From NCBI GenBank assembly GCA_964016885.1, contig CAXHJY010000696.1:577-64576 (forward strand): DNA of 64,000 nucleotides, given 5' to 3'. The notes under the pieces were generated by a model that made no database searches, was not told the DNA's origin, and worked only from the letters and a program-made list of their open reading frames with translations. A program made the translations under genes and the position numbers. How positions within the stretch are numbered: position 1 is the stretch's first letter; each line of letters starts with the position of its first letter. This DNA comes from Eledone cirrhosa (Eukaryota). Positions 1-13,845 of this stretch are shown here, in pieces.

Positions 1-3000
1 TAATGATGTATTGAAGTAAGGAAGGAGAGGAAGAAAGTATGACTGTAATGATGTATTGAAGCAAGGAAGGAGTGGAAGGAAGTATGACTGTAATGATGTA
101 TTGAAGGAAAGAAGGAGTGGAAGAAAGTATGACTGTAATGATGTATTGAAGGAAGGAAGGAAGGAGTGGAAGGAAGTATGACTGTAATGATGTATTGAAG
201 GAAGGAGGGAGTGGGAGGAAGTATGACTGTAATGATGTATTGAAGGAAGGAAGGAGTGGAAGGAAGTATGACTGTAATGATGTATTGAAGGAAGGAAGGA
301 GTGGAAGAAAGTATGACTGTAATGATGTATTGAAGGAAGGAAGGAGTGGAAGAAATTATGACTGTAATGATGTATTGAAGGAAGGAGGGATTGGGAGGAA
401 GGAAGTATGACTGTAATGATGTATTGAAGGAAGGAAGGAAGGAGTGGAAGGAAGTATGACTGTAATGATGTATTGAAGGAAGGAAGGAGTGGAAGGAAGT
501 ATGACTGTAATGATGTATTGAAGGAAGGAGTGGAAAGGAAGTATGACTGTAATGATGTATTGAAGGAAGGAGTGGAAGGAAGTATGAATGTAACGATGTA
601 TTGAAGGAAGGAGTGGAAGGAAGTATGACTGTAATGATGTATTGTAGGAGGGAAGTATGACTGTAATGATGTATTGAAGGAAGGAAGGAGTGGAAGGAAG
701 TATGACTGTAATGATGTATTGAAGGAAGGAAGGAGTGGAAGAAAGTATGACTGTAATGATGTATTGAAGGAAGGAGGGATTGGGAGGAAGGAAGTATGAC
801 TGTAATGATGTATTGAAGGAAGGAAGGAGTGGAAGGAAGTATGACTGTAATGATGTATTGAAGGAAGGAAGTATGACTGTAATGATGTATTGAAGGAAGG
901 AAGGAGTGGAAGGAAGTATGACTGTAATGATGTATTGAAGGAAGGAAGGAGTGGAAGGAAGTATGACTGTAATGATGTATTGAAGGAAGGAAGGAGTGGA
1001 AGGATGTATGACTGTAATGATGTATTGAAGGAAGGAAGGAGTGGAAGGAAGTATGTCTGTAATGATATATTGAAGGAGGGAAGGAAGGAGTGGAAGGATG
1101 TATGACTGTAATGATGTATTGAAGGAGGGAAGGAAGGAGTGGAAGGAAGTATGACTGTAAAGATGTATTGAATGAGGGAAGGAAGGAGTGGAATGAAGCA
1201 TGAATGTAATGATGTATTGAAGGAAGGAAGGAGTGGAAGGAAGTATGTCTGTAATGATATATTGAAGGAGGGAAGAAAAAAGTGGAAGGAAGTATGAGTG
1301 TAATGATGTATTGAAGGAAGGAAGGAGTGGAAGGAAGTATGACTGTAATGATGTATTGAAGGAAGGAAGGAGTGGAAGGAAGTATTCTTTAATGATGTAT
1401 TGAATGAGGGAAGGAAGGAGTGGAAGGAAGTATGACTGTAATGATGTATTGAAGGAAGGAAGGAAGGAGTGGAAGGAGGTATGACTATAATGATGTATTG
1501 AAGGAAGGAAGGAGTGGAAGGAAGTATGACTCTAATGATGTATTGAAGGAGGGAAGGAAGGAGTGGAAGAAAGTATGACTGTAATGATGTATTGAAGGAA
1601 GGAAGGAGTGGAAGGAAGTATGACTGTAATGATGTATTGAAGGAGGGAAGGAGTGGAAGGAAGTATGTATGTAATGATGTATTGAAGGAGGGAAGGAAGG
1701 AGTGGAAGGAAGTATGACCGTAATGATGTATTGAAGGAAGGAAGGAGTGGAAGGAAGTATGACTGTAATGATGTATTGAAGGAGGGAAGGAAGGAGTGGA
1801 AGGAAGTACGACTGTAATGATGTATTGAAGGAAGGAAGGAGTGGAAGGAAATATGTCTGTAATGATATATTGAATGAGGGAAGGAAGGAGTGGAAGGAAG
1901 TATGACTGTAATGATGTATTGAAGGAGGGAAGGAAGGAGTGGAAGGAGGTATGACTGTAATGATGTATTGAAGGAAGGAGTGGAAGGAAGTATGTCTGTA
2001 ATGATGTATTGAAGGAGGGAAGGAGTGGAAGGAAGTAAGATTGTAATGATGTATTGAAGGACGGAAGGAAGGCGTCGAAGGAAGTATGACTGTAATGATG
2101 TATTGAAGGAGGGAAGGAAGGAGTGGAAGGAAGTATGACTGTAATGATGTATTGTAGGAGGGAAGGAAAGAGTGGAAGGAAGTATGACTGTAATGATGTA
2201 TTGAAGGAAGGAAGGAGTGGAAAGAGGTATGTCTGTAATGATATATTGAAGGAGGGAAGAAGGAGGGGAAGGAAGTATGACTGTAATGATGTATTGAAGG
2301 AAGGAAGAAGTGGAAGGAAGTATGACTGTAATGATGTATTGAAGGAAGGAAGGAAGGAGTGGAAGAAAGTATGACTGTAATGATGTATTGAAGGAAGGAA
2401 GGAAGGAGTGGAAGGAAGTATGACTGTAATGATGTATTGAAGGAGGGAAGGAAGGAGTGGAAGGAAGTATTCTGTAATGATGTATTGAAGGAAGGAAGGA
2501 GTGGAAAGAAGTATGTCTGTAATGATGTATTGAAGGAGGGAAGGAAGGAGTGGAAGGAAGTATGACTGTAATGATGTATTTAAGGAAGGAAGGAGTTGAA
2601 GGAAGTATGACTGTGATGATGTATTGAAGGAAGGAAGAAGTGGAAGGAAGTATGACTGTAATGATGCATTGAAGGAAGGAAGGGTTGGAAGGAAGTATGA
2701 CTGTGATGATGTATTGAAGGAAGGAAGGAGTGGAAGGAAGTATGTCTGTAATGATGTATTGAAGGAAGGAAGGAGTGGAAGGAAGTATGACTGTAATGAT
2801 GTATTGAAGGAAGGAAGGAGAGGAAGAAAGTATGACTGTAATAATGTATTGAAGGAAGGAAGGAGTGGAAGGAAGTATGGCTGTAATGATGTATTGAAGG
2901 AAGGAAGGAGTGGGAGGAAGTATGACTGTAATGATGTATTGAAGGTAGGAAGGAGTGGGAGGAAGTATGACTGTAATGATGTATTGAAGGAAGGAAGGAG

Positions 3001-5677
3001 TGGAAGGAAGTATGACTGTAATGATGTATTGAAGGAAGGAAGGAGTGGGAGGAAGTATGACTGTAATGATGTATTGAAGGAAGGAAGGAGAGGAAGACAG
3101 TATGACTGTAATGATGTATTGAAGGAAGGAAGGAGAGGAAGAAAATATGACTGTAATGATGTATTGAAGGAAGGAAGTAGTGGAAGGAAGTATGACTGTA
3201 ATGATGTATTGAAGGAAGGAGGGAGTGGGAGGAAGTATGACTGTAATGATGTATTGAAGAAAGGAAGGAGTGGAAGGAAGTATGACTGTAATGATGTATT
3301 GAAGGAAGGAAGGAGTGGAAGGAAGTATGACTGTAATGATGTATTGAAGGAAGGAGTGGAAAGGAAGTATGACAGTAATGATGTATTGAAGGAAGGAGTG
3401 GAAGGAAGTATGTCTGTAATGATGTATTGAAGGAAGAAGTGGAAGGAAGTATGACTGTAATGATGTATTGAAGGAAGGAAGGAGTGGAAGTAAGTATGAC
3501 TGTAATGATGTATTGAAGGAAGGAAGGAGTGGAAGGAAGTATGACTGTAATGTTGTATTGAAGGAAGGAAGGAGTGGGAGGAAGTATGACTGTAATGATG
3601 TATTGAAGGAAGGAAGGAGAGGAAGAAAGTATGACTGTAATGATGTATTGAAGGAAGGAAGGAGTGGAAGGAAGTATGACTGTAATGATGTATTGAAGGA
3701 AGGAAGGAGTGGAAGGAAGTATGACTGTAATGTTGTATTGAAGGAAGGAAGGAGTGGGAGGAAGTATGACTGTAATGATGTATTGAAGGAAGGAGGGAGT
3801 GGAGGGAAGTATGACTGTAATGATGTATTGAAGGAAGGAAGGAGTGGAAGGAAGTATGACTGTAATGTTGTATTGAAGGAAGGAATGAGTGGAGGGAAGT
3901 ATGACTGTAATGATGTATTGAAGGAAGGAAGGAGTGGAAGGAAGTATGACTGTAATGTTGTATTGAAGGAAGGAAGGAGTGGAAGGAAGTATGACTGTAA
4001 TGATGTATTGAAGGAAGGAAGGAGTGGAAGGAAGTATGACTGTAATGATGTATTGAAGGAAGGAAGGAGTTGAAGGAAGTATGACTGTAATGATGTATTG
4101 AAGGAAGGAAGGAAGGAGTGGAAGGAAGTATGACTGTAATGATGTATTGAAGGAAGGAGTGGAGAGGAAGTATGACTGTAATGATGTATTGAAGGAAGGA
4201 ATGAGTGGAGGGAAGTATGACTGTAATGATGTATTGAAGGAAGGAGGGAGTGGGATGAAGTATGACTGTAATGATGTATTGAAGGAAGGAAGGAGTGGAA
4301 GGAAGTATGACTGTGATGATGTATTGAAGGAAGGAGTGGAAAGGAAGTATGACTGTAATGATGTATTGAAGGAAGGAGTGGAAGGAAGTATGACTGTAAT
4401 GATGTATTGAAGGAGGGAAGGAAGGAGTGGAAGGAAGTATGACTGTAATGATGTATTGAAGGAAGGAATGAGTGGAAGGAAGTAAGTCTGTAATGATGTA
4501 TTGAAGGAGGGAAGGAGTGGAAGGAAGTATGACTGTAATGATGTATTGAAGGAAGGCAGGAAGGAAGGAGTGGAAGGAAGTATGACTGTAATGATGTATT
4601 GTAGGAAGAAAGGAGTGGAAGGAAGTATGTCTGTAATGATGTATTGAAGGAAGGAAGGAAGGAGTTGTAGAAAGTATGACTGTAATGATGTATTGAAGGA
4701 AGGAAGGAAGTAGTGGAAGGAAGTATGACTGTAATGATGTATTGAAGGAAGGAAGGAGTGGAAGGAAGTATATCTGTAATGATGTATTGAAGGAAGGAAG
4801 GAGTGGAAGGAAGTATGACTGTAATGATGTATTGAAGGAGGGAAAGAAGGAGTGGAAGGAAGTATGACTGTAATGATGTATTTAAGGAAGGAAGGAGTGG
4901 AAGGAAGTATGACTGTAATGATGTATTGAAGGAAGGAAGGAGTGGAAGGAAGTATGACTGTAATGATGTATTTAAGGAAGGAAGGAGTGGAAGGAAGTAT
5001 GACTGTAATGATGTATTGAAGGAAGGAAGGAGTGGGAGGAAGTATGACTGTAATGATATATTGAAGGAAGGAAGGAGTGGAAGGAAGTATGACTGTAATG
5101 ATGTATTTAAGGAAGGAAGGAGTGGAAGGAAGTATGACTGTAATGATGTATTGAAGGAAGGAAGGAGTGGAAGGAAGTATGACTGTAATGATGTATTTAA
5201 GGAAGGAAGGAGTGGAAGGAAGTATGACTGTAATGATGTATTGAAGGAAGGAAGGAGTGGAAGGAAGTATGACTGTAATGATGTATTGAAGGATGGAAGG
5301 AGTTGAAGGAAGTATGACTGTAATGATGTATTGAAGGAAGGAAGGAGTGGAAGGAAGTATGACTGTAATGATGTATTGAAGGAAGGAAGGAGTGGAAGGA
5401 AGTATGACTGTAATGATGTATTGAAGGATGGAAGGAGTTGAAGGAAGTATGACTGTAATGATGTATTGAAGGATGGAAGGAGTTGAAGGAAGTATGACTG
5501 TAATGATGTATTGAAGGAAGGAAGGAGTGGAAGGAAGTATGACTGTAATGATGTATTGAAGGAAGGAAGGAGTGGAAGGAAGTATGACTGTAATGATGTA
5601 TTGAAGGATGGAAGGAGTTGAAGGAAGTATGACTGTAATGATGTATTGAAGGAAGGAAGGAGTGGAAGGAAGTATGT

Positions 5678-8600
5678 CTGTAATGATGTATTGAAGGAAG
5701 GAAGGAGTTGAAGGAAGTATGACTGTGATGATGTATTGAAGGAAGGAAGGAGTGGAAGGAAGTATGTCTGTAATGATGTATTGAAGGAAGGAAGGAGTTG
5801 AAGGAAGTATGACTGTAATGATGTATTGAAGGAAGGAATGAGTGGAAGGAATTATGACTGTGATGATGTATTGAAGGCAGGAAGAAGTGGAAGGAAGTAT
5901 GACTGTAATGATGCATTGAAGGAAGGAGTGGAAGGAAGTATGAATGTAATGATGTATTGAAGGAAGGAAGGAGTGCAAGGAAGTATGACTGTAATGATGT
6001 ATTGAAGGAAGGAGAGGAAGAAAGTATGACTGTAATGATGTATTGAAGGAAGGAGTGGAAGGAAGTATGACTGTAATGATGTATTGAAGGAAGGAAGGAG
6101 TGGAAGGAAGTATGACTGTAATGATGTATTGTAGGAAGGAGTGGAAGGAAGTATGACTGTAATGATGTATTGAAGGAGGGAAGGAAGGAGTGGAAGGAAG
6201 TATGACTGTAATGATGTATTGAAGGAAGGAAGGAGTGGAAGGAAGTATGTCTGTAATGATGTATTGTAGGAGGGAAGGAAGGCGTGGAAGGAAGTATGAC
6301 TGTAATGATGTATTGAAGGAAGGAAGGAGTGGAAGGAAGTATGACTGTAATGATGTATTGAAGGAAGGAAGGAGAGGAAGAAAGTATGACTGTAATGATG
6401 TATTGAAGGAAGGAAGGAGTGGAAGGAAGTCTGACTGTAATGATGTATTGAAGGAAGGAAGGAGAGGAAGAAAGTATGACTGTAATGATGTATTGAAGGA
6501 AGGAAGGAGAGGAAGAAAGTATGACTGTAATGATGTATTGAAGTAAGGAAGGAGTGGAAGGAAGTATGACTGTAATGACGTATTGAAGGAAGGAGTGGAA
6601 GGAAGTATGTCTGTAATGATATATTGAAGGAGGGAAGGAAGGAGTGGAAGGATGTATGACTGTAATAATGTATTGAAGGAGGGAAGGAAGGAGTGGAAGG
6701 AAGTAAGACTGTAATGATGTATTGAAGGAGGGAAGGAAGGAGTGGAAGGAAGTATGACTGTAATGATGTATTGAAGGAAGGAAGGAGTGGAAGGAAGTAT
6801 GTCTGTAATGATATATTGAAGGAGGGAAGAAGGAGGGGAAGGAAGTATGACTGTAATGATGTATTGAAGGAAGGAAGAAGTGGAAGGAAGTATGACTGTA
6901 ATGATGTATTGAAGGAAGGAAGGAAGGAGTGGAAGGAAGTATGACTGTAATGATGTATTGAAGGAAGGAAGGAAGGAGTGGAAGGAAGTATGACTGTAAT
7001 GATGTATTGAAGGAGGGAAGGAAGGAGTGGAAGGAAGTATTCTGTAATGATGTATTGAAGGAGGGAAGGAGTGGACAGATGTATGACTGTAATGATGTAT
7101 TGAAGGAAGGCAGGAAGGAAGGAGTGGAAGGAAGTATGACTGTAATGATGTATTGAAGGAAGGAAGGAAGGAGTGGAAGGAGGTATGACTGTAATGATGT
7201 ATTGAAGGAAGGTAGGAGTGGATGGTAATATGACTGTAATGATGTATTGAAGGAGGGAAGGAAGGAGTGGAAGGAAGTATGACTGTAATGATGTATTGAA
7301 GGATGGAAGGAAGGAGTGGAAGGAAGTATGACCGTAATGATGTATTGAAGGAAGGAAGGAGTGGAAGGAAGTATGACTGTAATGATGTATTGAAGGAGGG
7401 AAGGAAGGAGTGGAAGGAAGTACGTCTGTAATGATGTATTGTAGGAAGGAAGGAGTGGAAGGAAATATGTCTGTAATGATATATTGAAGGAGAGAAGAAA
7501 GGAGTGGAAGGAAGTATGACTGTAATGATGTATTGAAGGAGGGAAGGAAGGAGTGGAAGGAGGTATGACTGTAATGATGTATTGAAGGAAGGAAGGAGTG
7601 GAAGGAAGTATGACTGTAATGATGTATTGAAGGAAGGAAGGAGTGGATGGAAATATGACTGTAATGATGTATTGAAGGAGGGAAGGAAGGAGTGGAAGAA
7701 AGTATGACTGTAATGATGTACTGAAAGAGGGAAGGTGTGGAAGGAAGTATGACTGTAATGATGTATTGAAGGAAGGAAGGAGTGGAAGGAAGTATGAATG
7801 TAATGATGTATTGAATGAGGCAAGGAAGGAGTGGAAGGAAGTATGACTGTAATGATGTATTGAAGGAAGGAAGGAGTGGAAGGAAGTATGACTGTAATGA
7901 TGTATTGAATGAGGAAAGGAAGGAGTGGATGGAAGTACGACTGTAATGATGTATTGAAGGAGGGAAGGAAGGAGTGGAAGGAAGTATGACTGTAATGATG
8001 TATTGAACGACGGAAGGAGTGGAAGGAAGTATGGTTGTAATGATGTATTGAAGGAAGGAGTGGAAAGGAACTATGACTGTAATGATGTATTGAAGGAATG
8101 AGTGGAAGGAAGTATGACTGTAATGATGTATTGAAGGAAGGAAGGAGTAGAAGGAAGTATGACTGTAATGATGTATTGAATGAAGGAAGGAGAGGAAGGA
8201 AGTATGACTGTAATGATGTATTGAAGGAAGGAAGGAGTTGAAGGAAGTATGACTGTGATGATGTATTGAAGGAAGGAAGGAGTGGAAGGAAGTATGTCTG
8301 TAATGATGTATTGAAGGAAGGAAGGAGTTGAAGGAAGTATGACTGTAATGATGTATTGAAGGAAGGAATGAGTGGAAGGAATTATGACTGTGATGATGTA
8401 TTGAAGGCAGGAAGAAGTGGAAGGAAGTATGACTGTAATGATGCATTGAAGGAAGGAGTGGAAGGAAGTATGAATGTAATGATGTATTGAAGGAAGGAAG
8501 GAGTGCAAGGAAGTATGACTGTAATGATGTATTGAAGGAAGGAGAGGAAGAAAGTATGACTGTAATGATGTATTGAAGGAAGGAGTGGAAGGAAGTATGA

Positions 8601-10768
8601 CTGTAATGATGTATTGAAGGAAGGAAGGAGTGGAAGGAAGTATGACTGTAATGATGTATTGTAGGAAGGAGTGGAAGGAAGTATGACTGTAATGATGTAT
8701 TGAAGGAGGGAAGGAAGGAGTGGAAGGAAGTATGACTGTAATGATGTATTGAAGGAAGGAAGGAGTGGAAGGAAGTATGTCTGTAATGATGTATTGTAGG
8801 AGGGAAGGAAGGCGTGGAAGGAAGTATGACTGTAATGATGTATTGAAGGAAGGAAGGAGTGGAAGGAAGTATGACTGTAATGATGTATTGAAGGAAGGAA
8901 GGAGAGGAAGAAAGTATGACTGTAATGATGTATTGAAGGAAGGAAGGAGTGGAAGGAAGTCTGACTGTAATGATGTATTGAAGGAAGGAAGGAGAGGAAG
9001 AAAGTATGACTGTAATGATGTATTGAAGGAAGGAAGGAGAGGAAGAAAGTATGACTGTAATGATGTATTGAAGTAAGGAAGGAGTGGAAGGAAGTATGAC
9101 TGTAATGACGTATTGAAGGAAGGAGTGGAAGGAAGTATGTCTGTAATGATATATTGAAGGAGGGAAGGAAGGAGTGGAAGGATGTATGACTGTAATAATG
9201 TATTGAAGGAGGGAAGGAAGGAGTGGAAGGAAGTATGACTGTAATGATGTATTGAAGGAGGGAAGGAAGGAGTGGAAGGAAGTATGACTGTAATGATGTA
9301 TTGAAGGAAGGAAGGAGTGGAAGGAAGTATGTCTGTAATGATATATTGAAGGAGGGAAGAAGGAGGGGAAGGAAGTATGACTGTAATGATGTATTGAAGG
9401 AAGGAAGAAGTGGAAGGAAGTATGACTGTAATGATGTATTGAAGGAAGGAAGGAAGGAGTGGAAGGAAGTATGACTGTAATGATGTATTGAAGGAAGGAA
9501 GGAAGGAGTGGAAGGAAGTATGACTGTAATGATGTATTGAAGGAGGGAAGGAAGGAGTGGAAGGAAGTATTCTGTAATGATGTATTGAAGGAGGGAAGGA
9601 GTGGACAGATGTATGACTGTAATGATGTATTGAAGGAAGGCAGGAAGGAAGGAGTGGAAGGAAGTATGACTGTAATGATGTATTGAAGGAAGGAAGGAAG
9701 GAGTGGAAGGAGGTATGACTGTAATGATGTATTGAAGGAAGGTAGGAGTGGATGGTAATATGACTGTAATGATGTATTGAAGGAGGGAAGGAAGGAGTGG
9801 AAGGAAGTATGACTGTAATGATGTATTGAAGGATGGAAGGAAGGAGTGGAAGGAAGTATGACCGTAATGATGTATTGAAGGAAGGAAGGAGTGGAAGGAA
9901 GTATGACTGTAATGATGTATTGAAGGAGGGAAGGAAGGAGTGGAAGGAAGTACGTCTGTAATGATGTATTGTAGGAAGGAAGGAGTGGAAGGAAATATGT
10001 CTGTAATGATATATTGAAGGAGAGAAGAAAGGAGTGGAAGGAAGTATGACTGTAATGATGTATTGAAGGAGGGAAGGAAGGAGTGGAAGGAGGTATGACT
10101 GTAATGATGTATTGAAGGAAGGAAGGAGTGGAAGGAAGTATGACTGTAATGATGTATTGAAGGAAGGAAGGAGTGGATGGAAATATGACTGTAATGATGT
10201 ATTGAAGGAGGGAAGGAAGGAGTGGAAGAAAGTATGACTGTAATGATGTACTGAAAGAGGGAAGGTGTGGAAGGAAGTATGACTGTAATGATGTATTGAA
10301 GGAAGGAAGGAGTGGAAGGAAGTATGAATGTAATGATGTATTGAATGAGGCAAGGAAGGAGTGGAAGGAAGTATGACTGTAATGATGTATTGAAGGAAGG
10401 AAGGAGTGGAAGGAAGTATGACTGTAATGATGTATTGAATGAGGAAAGGAAGGAGTGGATGGAAGTACGACTGTAATGATGTATTGAAGGAGGGAAGGAA
10501 GGAGTGGAAGGAAGTATGACTGTAATGATGTATTGAACGACGGAAGGAGTGGAAGGAAGTATGGTTGTAATGATGTATTGAAGGAAGGAGTGGAAAGGAA
10601 CTATGACTGTAATGATGTATTGAAGGAATGAGTGGAAGGAAGTATGACTGTAATGATGTATTGAAGGAAGGAAGGAGTAGAAGGAAGTATGACTGTAATG
10701 ATGTATTGAATGAAGGAAGGAGAGGAAGGAAGTATGACTGTAATGATGTATTGAAGGAAGGAAGGAGT
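5678..10768. repeat. Near-identical tandem duplication, period 2,530 bp
   Basis: Rare variants recur at +2530 (GAACGACGG 8005/10535; GTACTGAAAGAGGG 7718/10248). The identical 103-aa ORF occurs at 6235 and 8765. One difference seen (6706 A vs 9236 T). Confidence 0.95.
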
Positions 10769-13564
10769 AGAAGGAAGTATGACTGTAATGATGTATTGAA
10801 TGAAGGAAGGAGAGGAAGGAAGTATGCCTGTAATGATGTATTGAATGAAGGAAGGAGAGGAAGGAAGTATGACTGTAATGATGTATTGAAGGAAGGAAGG
10901 AGTGAAAGGAAGTAAGACTGTAATGATATATTGAAGGAAGGAAGGAAAGAGTGCAAGGAAGTATGACTGTAATGATGTATTGAAGGAAGGAAGGAAGGAG
11001 TGGAAGGAAGAATGACTGTAATGATGTATTGAAGGAAGGAAGGAGTGGAAAGGAAGTATGACTGTAATGATGTATTGAAGGAAGGAAGGAGTGGAAGGAA
11101 GTATGTCTGTAATGATGTATTGAAGGAAGGAAGGAGTGGAAGGAAGTATGACTGTAATGATGTATTGAAGGAAGGAAGGAGTGGAAGGAAGTATGTCTGT
11201 AATGATGTATTGAAGGAAGGAAGAAAGGAGTGGAAGGAAGCATGACTGTAATGATGTATTGAAGTAAGGAATGAGTGGAAGGAAGTATGTCTGTAATGAT
11301 GTATTGAAGGAGGGAAGGAAGGAGTGGAAGGAAGTATGTCTGTAATGATGTATTGAAGGAGGGAAGGAAGGAGTGGAAGGAAGTATGTCTGTAATGATGT
11401 ATTGAAGGAGGGAAGGAAGGAGTGGAAGGAAGTATGTCTGTAATGATGTATTGAAGGAGGGAAGGAAGGAGTGGAAGGAAGAATGACTGTAATGATGTAT
11501 TGAAGGAAGGAAGGAGTGGAAAGGAAGTATGACTGTAATGATGTATTGAAGGAAGGAAGGAGTGGAATGAAGTATGACTGTAATGATGTATTGAAGGAAG
11601 GAAGGAGTGGAAAGATGTATGACTGTAATGATGTATTGAAGGAAGGAAGGAGTGGAAGGAAGTATGACTGTAATGACGTATTGAAGGAAGGAAGGAGTGG
11701 AAGGAAGTATGACTGTAATGATGTATTGAAGGAAGGAAGGAGTGGAAGGAAGTATGTCTGTAATGATGTATTGAAGGAGGGATGGAAGGAGTGGAAGGAA
11801 GTATGACTGTCATGATGTATTGAAGGAAGGAAGGAAGGAAGGAGTGGAAGGAAGTATCATTGTAATGATGTATTGAAAGAAGGAAGGAGTGGAAGGAAGT
11901 TTGACTGTAATGATGTATTGAAGGACGGAAGGAAGGCGTCGAAGGAAGTATGCCTGTAATGATGTATTGAAGGAGGGAAGGAAGGAGTGGAAGGAAGTAT
12001 GACTGTAATGATGTATTGAAGGAAGGAAGGAGTGGAAGGAAATATGTATGTAATGATATATTGAAGGAGAGAAGAAAGGAGTGCAAGGAAGTATGACTGT
12101 AATGATGTATTGAAGGAAGGAAGGAAGGAGTGGAAGGAAGAATGACTGTAATGATGTATTGAAGGAAGGAAGGAGTGGAAAGGAAGTATGACTGTAATGA
12201 TGTATTGAAGGAAGGAAGGAAGGAGTGCTAGGAAGTATGTCTGTAATGATGTATTGAAGGAAGGAAGGAGTGGAAGGAAGTATGACTGTAATGATGTATT
12301 GAAGGAAGGAAGGAGTGGAAGGAAGTATGACTGTAATGACGTATTGAAGGAAGGAGTGGAAGGAAGTATGTCTGTAATGATTTATTGAAGGAACGAGTTG
12401 AAGGAAGTATGACTGTAATGATGTATTGAAGGAAGGAAGGAGTGCAAGGAAGTATGACTGTAATGATGTATTGAAAGAAGGAAGGAGTGGAAGGAAGTAT
12501 TCTTTAATGATGTATTGAATGAGGGAAGGAAGGAGTGGAAGGAAGTATGACTGTAATGATGTATTGAAGGAAGGAAGGAAGGAGTGGAAGGAGGTATGAC
12601 TGTAATGATGTATTGAAGGAAGGAAGGAGTGGAAGGAAGTATGACTCTAATGATGTATTGAAGGAAGGAAGGAGTGGATGGTAATATGACTGTAATGATG
12701 TATTGAAAGAAGGAAGGAGTGGAAGGAAGTATTCTTTAATGATGTATTGAATGAGGGAAGGAAGGAGTGGAAGGAAGTATGACTGTAATGATGTATTGAA
12801 GGAAGGAGTGGAAAGGAACTATGACTGTAATGATGTATTGAAGGAAGGAGTTGAAGGAAGTATGACTGTAAGGATGTATTGAAGGAAGGAAGGAGTGGTA
12901 GGAAGTATGACTGTAATGATGTATTGAAGGAAGGAAGGAAGGAGAGGAAGGAAGTATGACTGTAATGATGTATTGAAGGAAGGAAGGAGTGGAAGGAAGT
13001 ATGTCTGTAATGATGTATTGAAGGAAGGAAGAAAGGAGTGGAAGGAAGTATGTCTGTAATGACGTATTGAAGGAAGGAGTGGAAGGAAGTATGACTGTAA
13101 TGATGTATTGAAGGAAGGAAGGAGTGGAAGGAAGTATGACTCTAATGATGTATTGAAGGAAGGAAGGAGTGGATGGTAATATGACTGTAATGATGTATTG
13201 AAGGAGGGAAGGAAGGAGTGGAAGAAAGTATGACTGTAATGATGTACTGAAAGAGGGAAGAAGTGGCAGGAAGTATGTATGTAATGATGAAATGAAGGAG
13301 GGAAGGAAGGAGTGGAAGGAAGTATGACTGTAATGATGTATTGAAGGAGGGAAGGAAGGAGTGGAAGGAGGTATGACTGTAATGATGTATTGAAGGAAGG
13401 AAGGAGTGGAAGGAAGTATGACTGTAATGATGTATTGAAGGAAGGAAGGAGTGGATGGAAATATGACTGTAATGATGTATTGAAGGAGGGAAGGAAGGAG
13501 TGGAAGGAAGTATGACTGTAATGATGTATTGAAGGAAGGAATGAGTGGAAGGAAGTATGTCTGT

Positions 13565-13845
13565 AATGATGTATTGAAGGAAGGAATGAGTGGAAGGAAG
13601 TATGACTGTAATGATGTATTGAAGGAAGGAAGGAGTGGAAGGAGGTATGACTGTAATGATGTATTGAAGGAAGGAATGAGTGGAAGGAAGTATGACTGTA
13701 ATGATGTATTGAAGGAAGGAAGGAGTGGAAGGAGGTATGACTGTAATGATGTATTGAAGGAAGGAATGAGTGGAAGGAAGTATGACTGTAATGATGTATT
13801 GAAGGAAGGAAGGAGTGGAAGGAGGTATGACTGTAATGATGTATT
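13565..13845. repeat. 90-bp dimeric higher-order repeat (about 3 copies)
   Basis: GGAATGAGTGG monomers alternate with GGAGGTATG monomers (13641, 13731, 13821). Confidence 0.8.
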
